A stretch of DNA of 64,000 nt from TPA_inf: Saccharomyces (GCA_000146045.2 BK006940.2:32001-96000), one strand, 5' to 3'; positions 1 through 12,392 are shown, counted from the first letter of the stretch. The notes: generated by a model from the sequence alone, not told the origin. Program-made: numbers and translations.

Positions 1-1271
1 TTCAAGTGTAAAAAAAATTTTTTTTCTGTTAGTTTGATGCAGAAGACTTATACTTTTAACTTTTTTGGTTAACTTACACAAACCAAGCGCACAACGCCTG
101 CGCTTTTTAGTATTAGATGGCATGATTTGAAAAGCATAAAAGTCTGGATATTGGAATTTAGGGAGGCGGCGGGATAGAGCGATAGTTTCTCCCCATATAA
201 AGTCTACAAAATGTGTGGGTTTTTGATATCGATCGAAATTTCACAAGGTGTTCTATAATGACTAACATTTTTGTGAGCAGTTGACTCTCCTTAGTGCACA
301 TTGTGGAATATGTATGCCATGTCTCTTAAAGGGGTAAAAAGAGGTATTCTGCATACTACCAGTGGGGTTTATAGCATCGTTTAATCTTGTTATCCTGTTT
401 CGGTTTCGGCAATTTCTTTCAAAATTCTGTTTTCAATGTTATCTGGGAAAGAAATGTTTCGAAAAATAATACGTAAATTGTTCCGACAAAAGAGTTCTTG
501 TCTATGATTATTCAAAATGCTGACTTTTTATTTAGCGCTTATTGGAGTCTTTGCTGTCTGTAGAAATCTGACCAGGCATACAAATTATAGTTATTTACTA
601 ACGCAAGAAGTTTATTGTGGTTTTCATGTGTATGTGGCCACGTAGATTTATTTTGTAAATAAGTATCGCGACAGCTTCTATTTTCTTGGTTTAATACGCC
701 TGTACTAATTTCCATTTTTGAGTTTAGGCGGTGCTTTCGTAAAAATGATATGATTATTCCGCTCATAAATGGTAGTCATGGTAAGGAAGATAAAAAAAGC
801 GCAGTTCCACTGTCAGGCTTCGTTTATTTAACAATATAGATACATCATAAAAGTTTTTGGTAATGTTCTCTGGTTTTACTTCGTACTTCTGATCAGAAGT
901 CTGTTATATCATGGTTCGGTACCAATTTTTTTTATACACCATTGTGATGATGTTAAAACTAAACGTATAAATTGGTCAATTATGTTGCTAGTAATGCAGC
1001 TCAAGCAAATTTATTTTATTGGCCTACATAAAGAAAACTAACTCTACAACTTTTACGGTATAAATATGCAATGTGATTTAAAAAATCACTGAAGTGTGTC
1101 AGAATATGAGAAACTTTAAGTGAAGCGTCATATTTTTGTGCCCTCATATCAAAAAAATGCTTTAAAAGCAGTCAACCAATGTGCCAAAAATTTTCAAAAT
1201 TCAGGAACTTGTTGTTCGGCAGACTTTTATTCTGCCTGCTAAAGATCTGCCGACCTACCATAGCGGTCATG

Positions 1272-3848
1272 TTAATTGTAACGGCTATATCTACTGGGTA
1301 GACTGACAGTTGATTTCCTTCGAACGCCAACTCTCGCATTGCCATTTTTAGAATCATCGTTAAATCTTTTATCTCTTTTCGGTAAAAAACTAGATATGAC
1401 TGATTTGGCCCCACTACCTGCGGCTTCGTTGAGCGTTGCAGGTGGGTCTATTTTTTTGATCCAATAGCTAGCTAAAAACCAGCTTATGACAGCTAGTAAA
1501 AGCAGTACCCCCAAAATTCCATACCACCACGCAATACTTCCATTTCTTCCTGGAACTTTTACATTCATACCGAACAGACCAGTAATAACATTTAATGGAA
1601 CTAACATTGTACCTAACATAGTAACTTTACCCAACATTTCTGTAACTTTATTATTAGAGTTAAATGATTCCACTTGTAATTGGGCCAGGTAGTTTGCATG
1701 TGATCTAGAAAAAATCTTTTCGTACGCCAATAAATTTTGAAACATCGTCAACAAATGATCCTGAATATCACCTAAGTATAAAGCAATATCTCCCCTTGGT
1801 TGTGATGTTGTTTGCATATAGCTATTTGATAAGCTTATTTGGTTATTACTATTATTCTGGTTCACATTCTCTTGTTCCGCTTGTAAGTTCACCATGTTAG
1901 TTTGAGATTTAAGCACTGGCCCAATACCATTAGTTTCATCTTGACATCTTTTGGCGAACATTTTGATAACATCTGCTTTACCGCTCAAGAGTCTCATCAG
2001 CGTCATTGTCTTACGCCTACTTTCACCAATCCTTTGTAACATGGCTGCAAAATCCATATCACGGGTCATAAACACTGAATCATCAATCGAATCAGCTTCA
2101 TACTCGATGGATTGAATAACCGGAGCAAAACTATCTGTGATATCATCGATTAAAGCATAACATAACCAATCTGAATTGACACTGACATAGTCACGTAATT
2201 GTCTTACACGTCTTCTTACATTGGCACAGTGTGATATTGGGTCAAAATGAAAAGTCAAGACACCTGACCTAAAAACAACGATGTAAACATTTATAGGTTC
2301 AAGATAATTCTCCGATTCTTTATCATTTTCAAATGTATGGAAACAGACAAAGTAATAGGATTTGAAAAGCTCTACCTTTTCACGCGTTTCTTGCATCCTG
2401 ATATCTTCCGCGGTCAAAGGATGGATTCCAAATGTTTTTGCTATGCAACGCATTTCATCATCAGTTGGACAACTGCAATCCAACCACCACGTTGGATCGC
2501 CTCCCTTGAATAACTCATAAAACGTCTGTCCCTCGGATATCAAAGAAGGGATATCACTAGCATGCACAGTTTCATCAGATTCAGAGCGGAAGAACGAAAA
2601 TCTACTAGGAATTTGATATTCTGTATTTTGGAGGGTATAATACGCCCGGCTATAACTCGAATCATTTCCTTCTTTTTCACCTTCAATCTTATTTCTACCA
2701 AATGTTACGTCAGGGTGTAGATCAGGTTTATCATCTTCCCTCACAGATTCATTGTTTTCAGATACGTACATCTCATTAACGCTGCAATTTTTTTCAAGAG
2801 TCCGTGAAATTTCAGGTGTATATTTCAGAGCTGCTGAGGATCCTGAAGTGGAAGCAGAGTTAGTAAATCCAGTATCTTGGTCGGTATGATTGTATGTTCG
2901 TTCACTGTGCCTTTGATGGTTCGCCAAAGACAGATTTCTTTCAGCATTTGAAATCTGGGCATATTCTTCCAACTCATCAAAATCAACACCATTAACTCTT
3001 GTATGTAATAGTCGAAACATTGGAAAACAAACGTCTTCTTCTGTTTCTTGAGAATCCCTGGATGCTTGCGATATCTCACTATGGAAAGATACCCTGCTAT
3101 CCATACGTAACGGTTTAATTCTTCGTGTGTCATTTCCCATATCGGACTTTTGCGATGCAGTTCTTGTCAACAACGTTGTAGGATTGACTGATGAATGTGT
3201 CGATATTGTAGAATAGGTTCTTCTCTTAAGTTTCGCCTGTTTGGGATGCGTACCATGCTCTGATTCAGCCGATGTTTCAAAGATTGCGCTAACTAGCGAA
3301 GCCTTACGAGCGCTTGTAAAAGTTCTTGCCGAGGAGGAGGCTTCTAAGTTGCATCTGTTACTTGACGTACCGGCAGGTAACGCCGTATCATGGCCTCTCT
3401 CTAAAGCCGCATTCTTTGGCAAAGAGGGAGCGATGCTCTCTACATGAATCTGCTTTTGGTGAGTTTCAGACTTTGCTAGCCTGGATGGCCTCGCATTAGA
3501 ACTTAAAAGCGCGAAAGATCTTAACTGGTAACGTTTCACTGCTTCTGCTTCTGCTTCACCTTCAAAATCCATGCGGCCACTTGTGGATATATTCGTTTTC
3601 TCCACATAGCCTCCATTTTCCACTCCACTATTCTCCCCGTTAGAGGAACTAAATTTGTGTCTAGAATCTTTCGTTTCGTCCACTTTCAATGCAAGCGCTT
3701 CGTGACGTATTGGTTGTGCATCAGAATACTGCCTATAGTTCTCTAATTTTGGGTACTTGCCTGTCTTCATGGAAGCCGCCGTATTGTCAACGGATTTTGA
3801 CCTTGGTAAATCTGACGATGAATCAAATGAAGTGGATAAGGACGACAT
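1272..3848 (-). CDS. ALR2: CorA-family plasma-membrane Mg2+ transporter
   Basis: 858-aa ORF. The GMN motif (…GLFGMNVKVPG…) lies between two C-terminal TM helices, after a long Ser/Asn-rich N-terminal region. Position fits YFL050C. Confidence 0.9.
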   Translation of the reverse strand: MSSLSTSFDSSSDLPRSKSVDNTAASMKTGKYPKLENYRQYSDAQPIRHEALALKVDETKDSRHKFSSSNGENSGVENGGYVEKTNISTSGRMDFEGEAEAEAVKRYQLRSFALLSSNARPSRLAKSETHQKQIHVESIAPSLPKNAALERGHDTALPAGTSSNRCNLEASSSARTFTSARKASLVSAIFETSAESEHGTHPKQAKLKRRTYSTISTHSSVNPTTLLTRTASQKSDMGNDTRRIKPLRMDSRVSFHSEISQASRDSQETEEDVCFPMFRLLHTRVNGVDFDELEEYAQISNAERNLSLANHQRHSERTYNHTDQDTGFTNSASTSGSSAALKYTPEISRTLEKNCSVNEMYVSENNESVREDDKPDLHPDVTFGRNKIEGEKEGNDSSYSRAYYTLQNTEYQIPSRFSFFRSESDETVHASDIPSLISEGQTFYELFKGGDPTWWLDCSCPTDDEMRCIAKTFGIHPLTAEDIRMQETREKVELFKSYYFVCFHTFENDKESENYLEPINVYIVVFRSGVLTFHFDPISHCANVRRRVRQLRDYVSVNSDWLCYALIDDITDSFAPVIQSIEYEADSIDDSVFMTRDMDFAAMLQRIGESRRKTMTLMRLLSGKADVIKMFAKRCQDETNGIGPVLKSQTNMVNLQAEQENVNQNNSNNQISLSNSYMQTTSQPRGDIALYLGDIQDHLLTMFQNLLAYEKIFSRSHANYLAQLQVESFNSNNKVTEMLGKVTMLGTMLVPLNVITGLFGMNVKVPGRNGSIAWWYGILGVLLLLAVISWFLASYWIKKIDPPATLNEAAGSGAKSVISSFLPKRDKRFNDDSKNGNARVGVRRKSTVSLPSRYSRYN

Positions 3849-4802
3849 TACGAAGTTTTTTCACGTTTTCTCATAAAAATTCAGTACTTCTATAAAGGTG
3901 ATTAAAATATATTCCTGTCGATTTTTTTATCCAACTGACAGTACATTTCCATGTAAGTAATTGTTTAGCAATAGTAGTCTCTACCGTCCTTGCTGAACAT
4001 TGAATAGAGGAAATAAACGCTGTTGATTTTACCTTTCCACTTTTATAATATAAACCTCTACGTTAAAATATCATATGCTCGAGGAAAACCTGATTTCTCT
4101 GGAAGCAGCCACTTTCGTGAACAGCCAAACCAAATGCTGCATTTTTCGAAGAAAATTTTTATCTCAAGGAGTCGCTTTTGTAACTTATAGCCGGTCAGGC
4201 AGTAAAAACGTACCTGAAAGAATAGTTTGATAGTAGGATATGGACAACGGTTAGTTTTGTCTGTACTTCTTGTATACAGGGCCTCTGTCAAATGAATGTG
4301 CGTATAAATTAATGGAGGTCTTGCATAGTTTGTTGAAACTTGGAAGAACTGTCAACCTTCACATATATGATATCCACGGTCTAAGCACGAAGGGCACTTC
4401 TTGTTTCTCACATTTAGGCAACTACGATGTGGGAAGTACAGCTCAGTTACGGAATCTAGCACGTAGGAAGAATAAGCGATAAGTGTTCCCTTCAACACAT
4501 CCATAAAGGAGTTTAGCAGCTGATATATTTGTCGTATCTAAAAAAATTTTCAGAGTATTATGACCTCGTCAAGTACAACGGAAATATATCCTGACATGGA
4601 AAGATTAGCCGTTCAGAAAGTGGCCCTGTGCATTAAATATAGTTGTAGTTTCAGCCGTCTATATTTTTTTTTCGAACCATCACTTTTCCCTTTCTGGACT
4701 TTTCTCAATGTAAAAACAAGAAAAACATGGAATGTATAATACTATAAATAAAAAAAGTAGGAAGAAGAACCAAAACAAAGGGCGTTTTAAAGAGAGACGA
4801 AT

Positions 4803-6674
4803 ATGCTTGGCGAAGATGAAGGGAATACCGTTCTTGAAAAGGGAAATAATCCTTCTGTAAAACAAGGAGAGGTTGGAGCTGTATTTATAGTACCCAAAAT
4901 ACTTATCAGAGAACATGAAAGAGTGATACTTAAGCAAATTCTGCAAATCCTGGATCAAGATGAATTGGTTCAACCTCCCTTAGACAAATTTCCCTACAAA
5001 AAATTAGAATTACCGAAATATATAGATGAACTTAAGACGAGAGACGCTACTAATACATCCTACAAGATGATACAATTGGATGCTTATGGTGAGAAAAAAG
5101 TGGGTTCGAACGGTGAATTATTTGGCGGTAGACATTATTTGTTCAACACCTTCACATTCACGGCTCATATGGGTGTTCTTCTGGTACTTTTACAAGATGT
5201 CATTAAAGTGTTATACCAAAGCAACGCAACGCATGACGAGGACGAGTTTATTGTCCAGCATGATCAAATTCTGGTAATGGAAACTTCTGAGGAACAAACA
5301 AAATTTTTGGCCAAAAATGGTGTCATTCCTGAAGAATCCAAAGGATCTTTTAAGTATATAACTGCCAGGTCAGCCTTTGTTGAATTCGGTGCTTCTGTTA
5401 TTGCCGGTGGTCAACGCATCGTTGATGATTATTGGGAATCTTTAGCTAAAAAGCAAAATTTGTCGTCTCACCAAAGGGTTTTCAAATTATCAACAAATTT
5501 AATTTCTAAAATCTCACTTTTACGCCCCTCCTTCCAAAATAACAGGATTAGCAATGCCAATGAAATTAGTGCGAACACTAATAATACCTGTACGATTTCT
5601 ACTTCAAAATTCGAATCACAGTATCCAATAGTCACGGAACAACCGTCAGCGGAGATTAGAGAAGCCTATATTGAAAACTTTGCCAAAGGTGAGCACATTT
5701 CGGCAATTGTTCCTGGTCAAAGCATTAGTGGAACATTGGAACTCAGTGCACAATTTAGAGTACCGCGTTATCACAGCAAAAACTCATTTCAACAAGCTCT
5801 GCAAATGAAGGCAATGGACATACCAATCGGAAGACATGAAGAATTACTTGCGCAATATGAAAGTCAAGCTCCTGATGGTTCCGCTTCAATTTCACTTCCT
5901 AACCATATTCCATCTGTCAATCCTAGCAATAAACCAATCAAACGAATGCTAAGTAGCATTCTTGATATTAACGTTTCCTCATCAAAAAACAAGAAGTCTG
6001 AGGAGAACGAAATGATAAAACCCATGAACAAGGGCCAACACAAAAATAATACATCGTTAAACATAAACGGCTGGAAATTTGAATCTTTGCCATTAAAATC
6101 CGCCGAGAATTCAGGTAAACAGCAATATTATAGAGGATTGCCGTTATATGAAAAAAACACGCTGCTAGAAAGGTTGAAACAGCTGACACCGAACGAAATT
6201 AAAGAACTAGAGCATTTACACGATGCCGTTTTTGTTAATACCGGTTTGCAGAACGTTAGAAAAGTTAGGACAAAAAAATGGAAAAAGTACTGGCAGTACA
6301 AGGCAGGTATTCCTATCGGTTTGAAACGGTCTCAATTGGATGAATTCAAAAATAAATATTTGAAAGATGTGTTGGCGCAAACGAGTGTTACTACAAATTT
6401 TAACGAAATAACGAATACGGATGAAACAATAACAACAAAGAGGGTACCGAACCCAAACTTCCTAGGAAATTGTAACATTAAGGATTTTAAACCTCCATAC
6501 ATTTATTCTCATGTGAACAAAGTACCACAAAATGTCGCTGGGGATAAAACGGCTGTTAAGCTGGACACTGAAGTAAAGAACACAAATGCTAATCCAGTGG
6601 TGGCGACGGATCCGGTCGCCGCTAAACCGGACAACCTGGCTAACTTCAGCAACGAAGTAGCTATGAATAATTGA
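4803..6674 (+). CDS. SWP82: SWI/SNF chromatin-remodelling complex subunit
   Basis: 623-aa ORF. Recognised by sequence and by position between ALR2 and EMP47 (YFL049W). Confidence 0.8.
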   Translation: MLGEDEGNTVLEKGNNPSVKQGEVGAVFIVPKILIREHERVILKQILQILDQDELVQPPLDKFPYKKLELPKYIDELKTRDATNTSYKMIQLDAYGEKKVGSNGELFGGRHYLFNTFTFTAHMGVLLVLLQDVIKVLYQSNATHDEDEFIVQHDQILVMETSEEQTKFLAKNGVIPEESKGSFKYITARSAFVEFGASVIAGGQRIVDDYWESLAKKQNLSSHQRVFKLSTNLISKISLLRPSFQNNRISNANEISANTNNTCTISTSKFESQYPIVTEQPSAEIREAYIENFAKGEHISAIVPGQSISGTLELSAQFRVPRYHSKNSFQQALQMKAMDIPIGRHEELLAQYESQAPDGSASISLPNHIPSVNPSNKPIKRMLSSILDINVSSSKNKKSEENEMIKPMNKGQHKNNTSLNINGWKFESLPLKSAENSGKQQYYRGLPLYEKNTLLERLKQLTPNEIKELEHLHDAVFVNTGLQNVRKVRTKKWKKYWQYKAGIPIGLKRSQLDEFKNKYLKDVLAQTSVTTNFNEITNTDETITTKRVPNPNFLGNCNIKDFKPPYIYSHVNKVPQNVAGDKTAVKLDTEVKNTNANPVVATDPVAAKPDNLANFSNEVAMNN

Positions 6675-6842
6675 AAGAAGTAAAACATAATGTAGGGAAC
6701 ACTCCAATAAGAAATAAACCATTGTTGAAGTAGTAATATAAACTATCGTTCGTTATTTTATAAAATATGTATTGTTACATATATATACATATATAGGGAA
6801 TGCATGTGCACAATTGGTTTGAGTGGAAGGAATAATCCAAAA

Positions 6843-8189
6843 TCATAGCAGTTTGGTCTTTATGATCTCTTGTCTGATTCTGAATGTGTAATATGCCATA
6901 ACCAACATAATGAAAATTAATGGAAGTAACCAAATCATTAGTTTTCTGGCAATTTCGTCGACCTGAGGACCATCTTGTCCATGACGTTTGGTAGCTTCCC
7001 TATACTTTTCTTGTTCAACCAGGACTTTCTCCAATTTCTGATTGATTGATAAGAAGTCTTTGAAATTTTCTTTATCCTCAGCGATTGCATCATCGGTGGA
7101 CGTTCCCTTTTCATTATTAGCTGGTGGCTTAGAAGAGAGCTGTTTAGTTATCGTAGTCATGAATGATAATAGCTCTTGTTGGACCTTAATGACATCATTT
7201 AGCTTTGTTTCTAAAGCATTGATATCGTTCGCAAGAATTTTACCTTCAACTCTATCCAGTTTCTTATACAATTCATAGTTTGTAATTTTGTCTTTGTCAG
7301 CGTCAAATGCTGTTTTTTCAATCAATTTTTCTTTGCCGGTTTGTTGGTCAATGTATTTGGTGATCAGTTTTGGCTGACCCATTGCATTCACATTAGGGAT
7401 CAAAGAATCTTCAATCACGCCATTAAAAAATTGCATTTTGAATATTTCAAAAGACTCTGCATTATTATTCACTGCTCCATTTTGAGCGGTGACACCAATA
7501 CGGTAAGACCCAGAGGGAAAGCGAACCTTCCTAGTTTGGAAACAGACTTTATTGTCCACCTGAACTTTTAATAAGTTGTCGTCTTCCAAATCATAAGTTA
7601 CTCTGATCGTGGAAGGAACGGAGGAATCCTGATAACCCATCAAACAAGATGCAAAACTCTGATCATAGATTTTCGTCTTATCTACAGGCTTTTGACCATC
7701 ATTTAGTTGACCACGAAGTGTTGGGCCCAATGGACCATTGTTATCCACTAATAATTGTAAACCATCATAGTTCACTGGCCCATTGTATAACTGCTTATCG
7801 CGTGGTACGTTAGAATCTTGAACAAACCAAAATGATATGCCACCGTCGGTTTGGCCAGAATAACCAACACTCCTAAATGTCCACTCCATAGTAAAAGAAT
7901 CCTTCAAATCGAATCCTTGCTTCAACCAAAGTGAACCCTTGGAATTTTGCTTAGAAGTCAATACAATTCTCCCTTCCTCTAGACTAGCTTGTTCTCCAGT
8001 TTGCCAGTTATTGGGCACTTTACGTGCATTAATGAGATCAGGGAGCGAGTAGTCTGAGCTTAATTTGGATGCATCTGAAGTGTCACCCAATGGATGAGCT
8101 TCTAGCAATCCAGCCCATGTCGCTAAGACGGTAAAAACACTCAACAGTACTGTACTTTTCATAGTAATTAACATCATCATAAAATACAA
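6843..8189 (-). CDS. EMP47: L-type lectin-domain ER/Golgi cargo receptor with C-terminal KTKLL di-lysine retrieval signal
   Basis: 448 aa. N-terminal signal peptide, a legume-lectin-like luminal domain, a coiled-coil stalk, one TM helix, and the C-terminus …IRQEIIKTKLL. Confidence 0.9.
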   Translation of the reverse strand: MYFMMMLITMKSTVLLSVFTVLATWAGLLEAHPLGDTSDASKLSSDYSLPDLINARKVPNNWQTGEQASLEEGRIVLTSKQNSKGSLWLKQGFDLKDSFTMEWTFRSVGYSGQTDGGISFWFVQDSNVPRDKQLYNGPVNYDGLQLLVDNNGPLGPTLRGQLNDGQKPVDKTKIYDQSFASCLMGYQDSSVPSTIRVTYDLEDDNLLKVQVDNKVCFQTRKVRFPSGSYRIGVTAQNGAVNNNAESFEIFKMQFFNGVIEDSLIPNVNAMGQPKLITKYIDQQTGKEKLIEKTAFDADKDKITNYELYKKLDRVEGKILANDINALETKLNDVIKVQQELLSFMTTITKQLSSKPPANNEKGTSTDDAIAEDKENFKDFLSINQKLEKVLVEQEKYREATKRHGQDGPQVDEIARKLMIWLLPLIFIMLVMAYYTFRIRQEIIKTKLL

Positions 8190-8420
8190 ATTCCCTGATG
8201 CTAACTATTTGTTAATTTTATTGGTATAATTATAATTATTCAATACCAATTAAGGCTTCTATTAAAAGATCAAAAACATTCTTAAGAGTTCATACTGTTT
8301 CTCTACTCGTGTATAGTGATACCAAGACGTAATGACAATAATAGATGGAAATTGAAATATTATGAAACAGGAATAATATTCCGTTGAATTGTAATAGATG
8401 TTGTACACCTGCAAGCGAGC

Positions 8421-10565
8421 ATGCTATCATTTTGCGACTATTTTTGGTCTGAAGACCTTGTCTCAGGTCTAGATGTGCTTTTTGATAGATTATACCATGG
8501 TTGTGAGCAATGCGACTTGTTCATTCAATTATTTGCGTCAAGAATGCAATTTGAAGTCAGTCACGGGAGGCAGTTGTTTGGTATAGAAGCCGGTATGGAC
8601 AATCTGAAGGCAGTGCAGGAAGATGAAGATGAAGGGGTGACAGTTTCGAGGGCCCTGAGGGGAATTCTACAGGAAATGTCTCAGGAAGGGACGCATCACT
8701 TGACAATAGCGTCGAACATAGAAAGTTTGGTGCTGCAGCCATTCAGTAAATGGTGCATAGAACATAGGGAGAGAATTCAATACTCCGAGAAGACTTTGTT
8801 GACCAATGTAAATAATTTCAGGAAGTCTAAAAAGTACGTCGGTAAGCTGGAGAAGGAATATTTTAATAAATGTAGGCAGCTAGAAGAATTTAAAAGAACT
8901 CATTTCAACGAAGATGAGCTAGCAAATGCAATGAAATCATTGAAAATACAAAATAAATACGAAGAAGATGTGGCCAGGGAAAAGGATCACAGATTTTTCA
9001 ACAGGATAGCGGGAATAGATTTTGATTATAAGACAATGAAGGAGACGCTTCAGCTGTTACTGACCAAGCTTCCTAAAACGGACTATAAGCTACCTCTCAT
9101 TAGTTATTCTTTGAGCAACACCAACAATGGTGGAGAAATAACGAAGTTTCTGCTTGACCACATGTCGTTAAAGGATATTGATCAAGCTGAAACGTTTGGC
9201 CAAGATTTGTTGAATTTAGGGTTTTTGAAATATTGCAACGGTGTTGGTAATACATTTGTCAACTCTAAAAAATTTCAATACCAATGGAAGAATACCGCGT
9301 ACATGTTTGCCAATGTGCCAATGCCCGGTTCAGAGGAGCCTACCACTGGTGAATCCTTAATATCCCGGTTCAACAACTGGGATGGTTCATCTGCAAAGGA
9401 AATTATTCAATCCAAGATTGGTAACGACCAGGGGGCAGCGAAGATCCAAGCTCCGCATATATCCGATAATGAAAGGACGCTTTTCAGAATGATGGATGCG
9501 CTTGCAGCGTCAGATAAGAAGTATTACCAGGAGTGCTTCAAGATGGATGCCTTGAGATGCTCGGTTGAGGAGTTGTTGATTGACCATTTGTCGTTTATGG
9601 AAAAATGTGAGTCCGATAGACTGAATGCGATCAAGAAAGCGACACTAGATTTTTGTTCTACCTTGGGTAACAAGATTTCTTCGTTAAGACTGTGCATAGA
9701 TAAAATGCTCACGCTAGAAAACGATATTGATCCCACTGCAGACCTTTTGCAACTTTTAGTTAAGTACAAGACGGGCAGTTTCAAGCCGCAAGCCATTGTT
9801 TATAATAATTACTACAATCCTGGTTCATTTCAAAACTTTGGTGTTGATCTAGAAACTCGTTGTAGACTAGACAAGAAAGTCGTTCCGTTGATAATTTCTT
9901 CGATATTCTCATATATGGACAAAATATATCCTGACTTACCTAATGATAAAGTAAGAACTTCAATTTGGACTGATTCGGTGAAATTAAGTTTAACACATCA
10001 GCTTCGAAACCTATTGAACAAACAACAGTTCCACAACGAAGGGGAAATATTTGATATACTTTCTACGTCCAAGTTGGAGCCAAGCACCATCGCCAGTGTT
10101 GTTAAAATTTATTTATTAGAATTACCAGACCCACTAATTCCCAATGATGTCTCTGATATTCTTCGGGTGCTTTACCTTGACTATCCACCTTTAGTTGAAA
10201 CTGCGTTGCAAAATTCTACATCATCTCCCGAGAATCAGCAGGACGATGACAACGAAGAAGGCTTTGATACCAAGAGAATAAGAGGCCTTTATACTACTCT
10301 GTCCTCTCTAAGCAAACCACACATAGCGACACTAGACGCTATTACAACTCATTTTTACAGATTAATTAAAATTCTGAAAATGGGAGAGAACGGTAATGAA
10401 GTAGCAGATGAGTTTACCGTCTCAATTTCACAAGAATTTGCCAATTGTATTATCCAGTCAAAGATCACCGATGATAATGAAATTGGTTTTAAGATTTTCT
10501 ATGATCTACTGACACATAAGAAACAGATTTTTCACGAATTGAAAAGGCAAAATTCAAAAAATTAG
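8421..10565 (+). CDS. RGD2: Rho GTPase-activating protein (F-BAR/FCH + DEP + RhoGAP domains)
   Basis: 714-aa ORF. The RhoGAP-like region sits in the C-terminal third. Position fits YFL047W. Confidence 0.85.
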   Translation: MLSFCDYFWSEDLVSGLDVLFDRLYHGCEQCDLFIQLFASRMQFEVSHGRQLFGIEAGMDNLKAVQEDEDEGVTVSRALRGILQEMSQEGTHHLTIASNIESLVLQPFSKWCIEHRERIQYSEKTLLTNVNNFRKSKKYVGKLEKEYFNKCRQLEEFKRTHFNEDELANAMKSLKIQNKYEEDVAREKDHRFFNRIAGIDFDYKTMKETLQLLLTKLPKTDYKLPLISYSLSNTNNGGEITKFLLDHMSLKDIDQAETFGQDLLNLGFLKYCNGVGNTFVNSKKFQYQWKNTAYMFANVPMPGSEEPTTGESLISRFNNWDGSSAKEIIQSKIGNDQGAAKIQAPHISDNERTLFRMMDALAASDKKYYQECFKMDALRCSVEELLIDHLSFMEKCESDRLNAIKKATLDFCSTLGNKISSLRLCIDKMLTLENDIDPTADLLQLLVKYKTGSFKPQAIVYNNYYNPGSFQNFGVDLETRCRLDKKVVPLIISSIFSYMDKIYPDLPNDKVRTSIWTDSVKLSLTHQLRNLLNKQQFHNEGEIFDILSTSKLEPSTIASVVKIYLLELPDPLIPNDVSDILRVLYLDYPPLVETALQNSTSSPENQQDDDNEEGFDTKRIRGLYTTLSSLSKPHIATLDAITTHFYRLIKILKMGENGNEVADEFTVSISQEFANCIIQSKITDDNEIGFKIFYDLLTHKKQIFHELKRQNSKN

Positions 10566-10814
10566 GACTAGGCGATATAGATTTGTATATAATTTTATAT
10601 AAAAGGAAATATGTACATCATTTTCTTTCACTGTAGGCAGCTGTTTCAAGTTCTTTTTTTATTGGAGATATAATTATTTACATTATTGTTATAGAGGACA
10701 CACGAAAAAGCAAGAAGGGAACTATAAGAAAAATAAAAAATAATGAAGAATACAGATCTGTAATTAGTCATTTCAAGTGAGCGTAATAAGTAAAGTAAGG
10801 TAGAACGGAATAAA

Positions 10815-11438
10815 ATGCTCAAGCGTATTGTTGGATTGCCTGCAAGGCGTTGCTTTCATAGAACGTCCTTTTTGCTGGGCAGTGACTTTGAAACTGTGCA
10901 TATTCCCAATACGAACCACTTTAAAGATTTACTTATAGAGAACGGTAAATTTCAAGAGGATCAAGCAACTACAATAGTAGAGATAATGACAGATGCAATT
11001 AGGGGCGGGGTTAATCATGTTTCACAGGATCTGGCAAAGAGAGAAAAATTGACCCAACTTAGCTATCAACAACGTGTTGATTTTGCAAAGTTAAGAGATC
11101 AGCTATTGAGTGCTGATAGAAGTGAATTTCACAATATTCAAAACGAGTACGAAAGTGTGAAAAACGATCTGGAGAAACTAAGAAACAAACTAAGGGAAGA
11201 AATTACCAAAACAAACGCCGGTTTCAAACTTGATCTGTCCTTAGAAAAAGGCAGAATTAGGGAAGAAAGTAGTCATCACGATCTGCAAATAAAAGAAATC
11301 GACACCAAAATTGAGCAAGAAGTGACCAATATGAAGATGCAGATTGATTCTGTCAAGACTCAAGTCATGCAATGGCTGATAGGTGTCTGTACAGGTACAT
11401 TTGCACTTGTATTAGCATATATGAGGTTATTAACATAG
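10815..11438 (+). CDS. FMP32: Mitochondrial protein, DUF1640 coiled-coil family
   Basis: 207 aa. Basic amphipathic N-terminus (MLKRIVGLPARRCFHRTSFLLG) consistent with a mitochondrial presequence, and a C-terminal TM segment. Confidence 0.8.
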   Translation: MLKRIVGLPARRCFHRTSFLLGSDFETVHIPNTNHFKDLLIENGKFQEDQATTIVEIMTDAIRGGVNHVSQDLAKREKLTQLSYQQRVDFAKLRDQLLSADRSEFHNIQNEYESVKNDLEKLRNKLREEITKTNAGFKLDLSLEKGRIREESSHHDLQIKEIDTKIEQEVTNMKMQIDSVKTQVMQWLIGVCTGTFALVLAYMRLLT

Positions 11439-11627
11439 TGGCGACAAGCGAGGAAAAAGGGCTAGACTTGGTACTTGAAAATTGCATTTACGTTTTGTAT
11501 AACACAGTTCAGTAAGAGTACACATTCAATAACGTAGTAAGAGTATATTTATTTATATAAGAAGGATAAAAAAGAATCACCAAACGGATCACAAATGGCA
11601 TAATCACGTAGCAACCTGGAAATAAAG

Positions 11628-12392
11628 CTATAAGTTGAATAGTTCAGTCAAAATTTTGACGGTGTCATCAGGGGATTGTACTGAATGTCCGATGGTTCTT
11701 TCATCGACAAAAATTTCGTAATCGTTACCACCGACCATAGTCTTGTCACCAAAGAAATGAATTTCCTTGAAACCATCTTTTTCAACGTGTTGCAAACAGT
11801 AGGTCTTATCCCAACCAGCGGGGAAAACGTCGAAAGAGATTTGGCCACCAATGGAGAAAGTCAAACCGTAGTCTGGGAATTCCTTTTTCAAAGCTTCAAC
11901 GAACTTGGCTCTGATTTGGTGTTCCTTATCGTATCTTTCGAATTCGTTTCTTTCCTCAGTAGAAGCATTTCTACCAATTGGGGAAACGTTGATCATACCA
12001 TTTCTAAATTCCAAGAAAGTACCTCTTCTCTTTGGCAAGTCAATTTCAGATAGATATCTCAAAATGAAGACGGCCAATTTATTGTATTTTTCCTCACCGA
12101 GCCAGTTGATGAAGGATTGAGAAGCTAATTCCTTACCTAATCTGTAGGCGGTCAAACCATTTTCAGAGAAAGAATAGTCAAATTCATCTAAAACGTTTGG
12201 GCCTAACTGTTCTAATTGCTTGCTTAAGTCAGAACCACCGACAAAACCAATGCAGCACTTGTTTCTCAACTTGGCCAAAGTTTTTCTAACTTCTTCAGAA
12301 ACAGTTAATCTGGCTGGTGTCAAGGTACCATCAACATCGAATAAAACCAAAGTTTCTGGTTTTTCCTTGTAAGCGAATTCAGCGATACTCAT
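11628..12392 (-). CDS. SEC53: Phosphomannomutase (HAD superfamily)
   Basis: 254 aa. HAD motif I DVDGTLT near the N-terminus and strong codon bias typical of a highly expressed gene. Confidence 0.95.
   Translation of the reverse strand: MSIAEFAYKEKPETLVLFDVDGTLTPARLTVSEEVRKTLAKLRNKCCIGFVGGSDLSKQLEQLGPNVLDEFDYSFSENGLTAYRLGKELASQSFINWLGEEKYNKLAVFILRYLSEIDLPKRRGTFLEFRNGMINVSPIGRNASTEERNEFERYDKEHQIRAKFVEALKKEFPDYGLTFSIGGQISFDVFPAGWDKTYCLQHVEKDGFKEIHFFGDKTMVGGNDYEIFVDERTIGHSVQSPDDTVKILTELFNL

Noticed and set aside
4680-4973. 97-aa minus-strand ORF overlapping the SWP82 start
   Set aside because: A hydrophobic, low-complexity translation of the SWP82 promoter and 5' end. It has no support.
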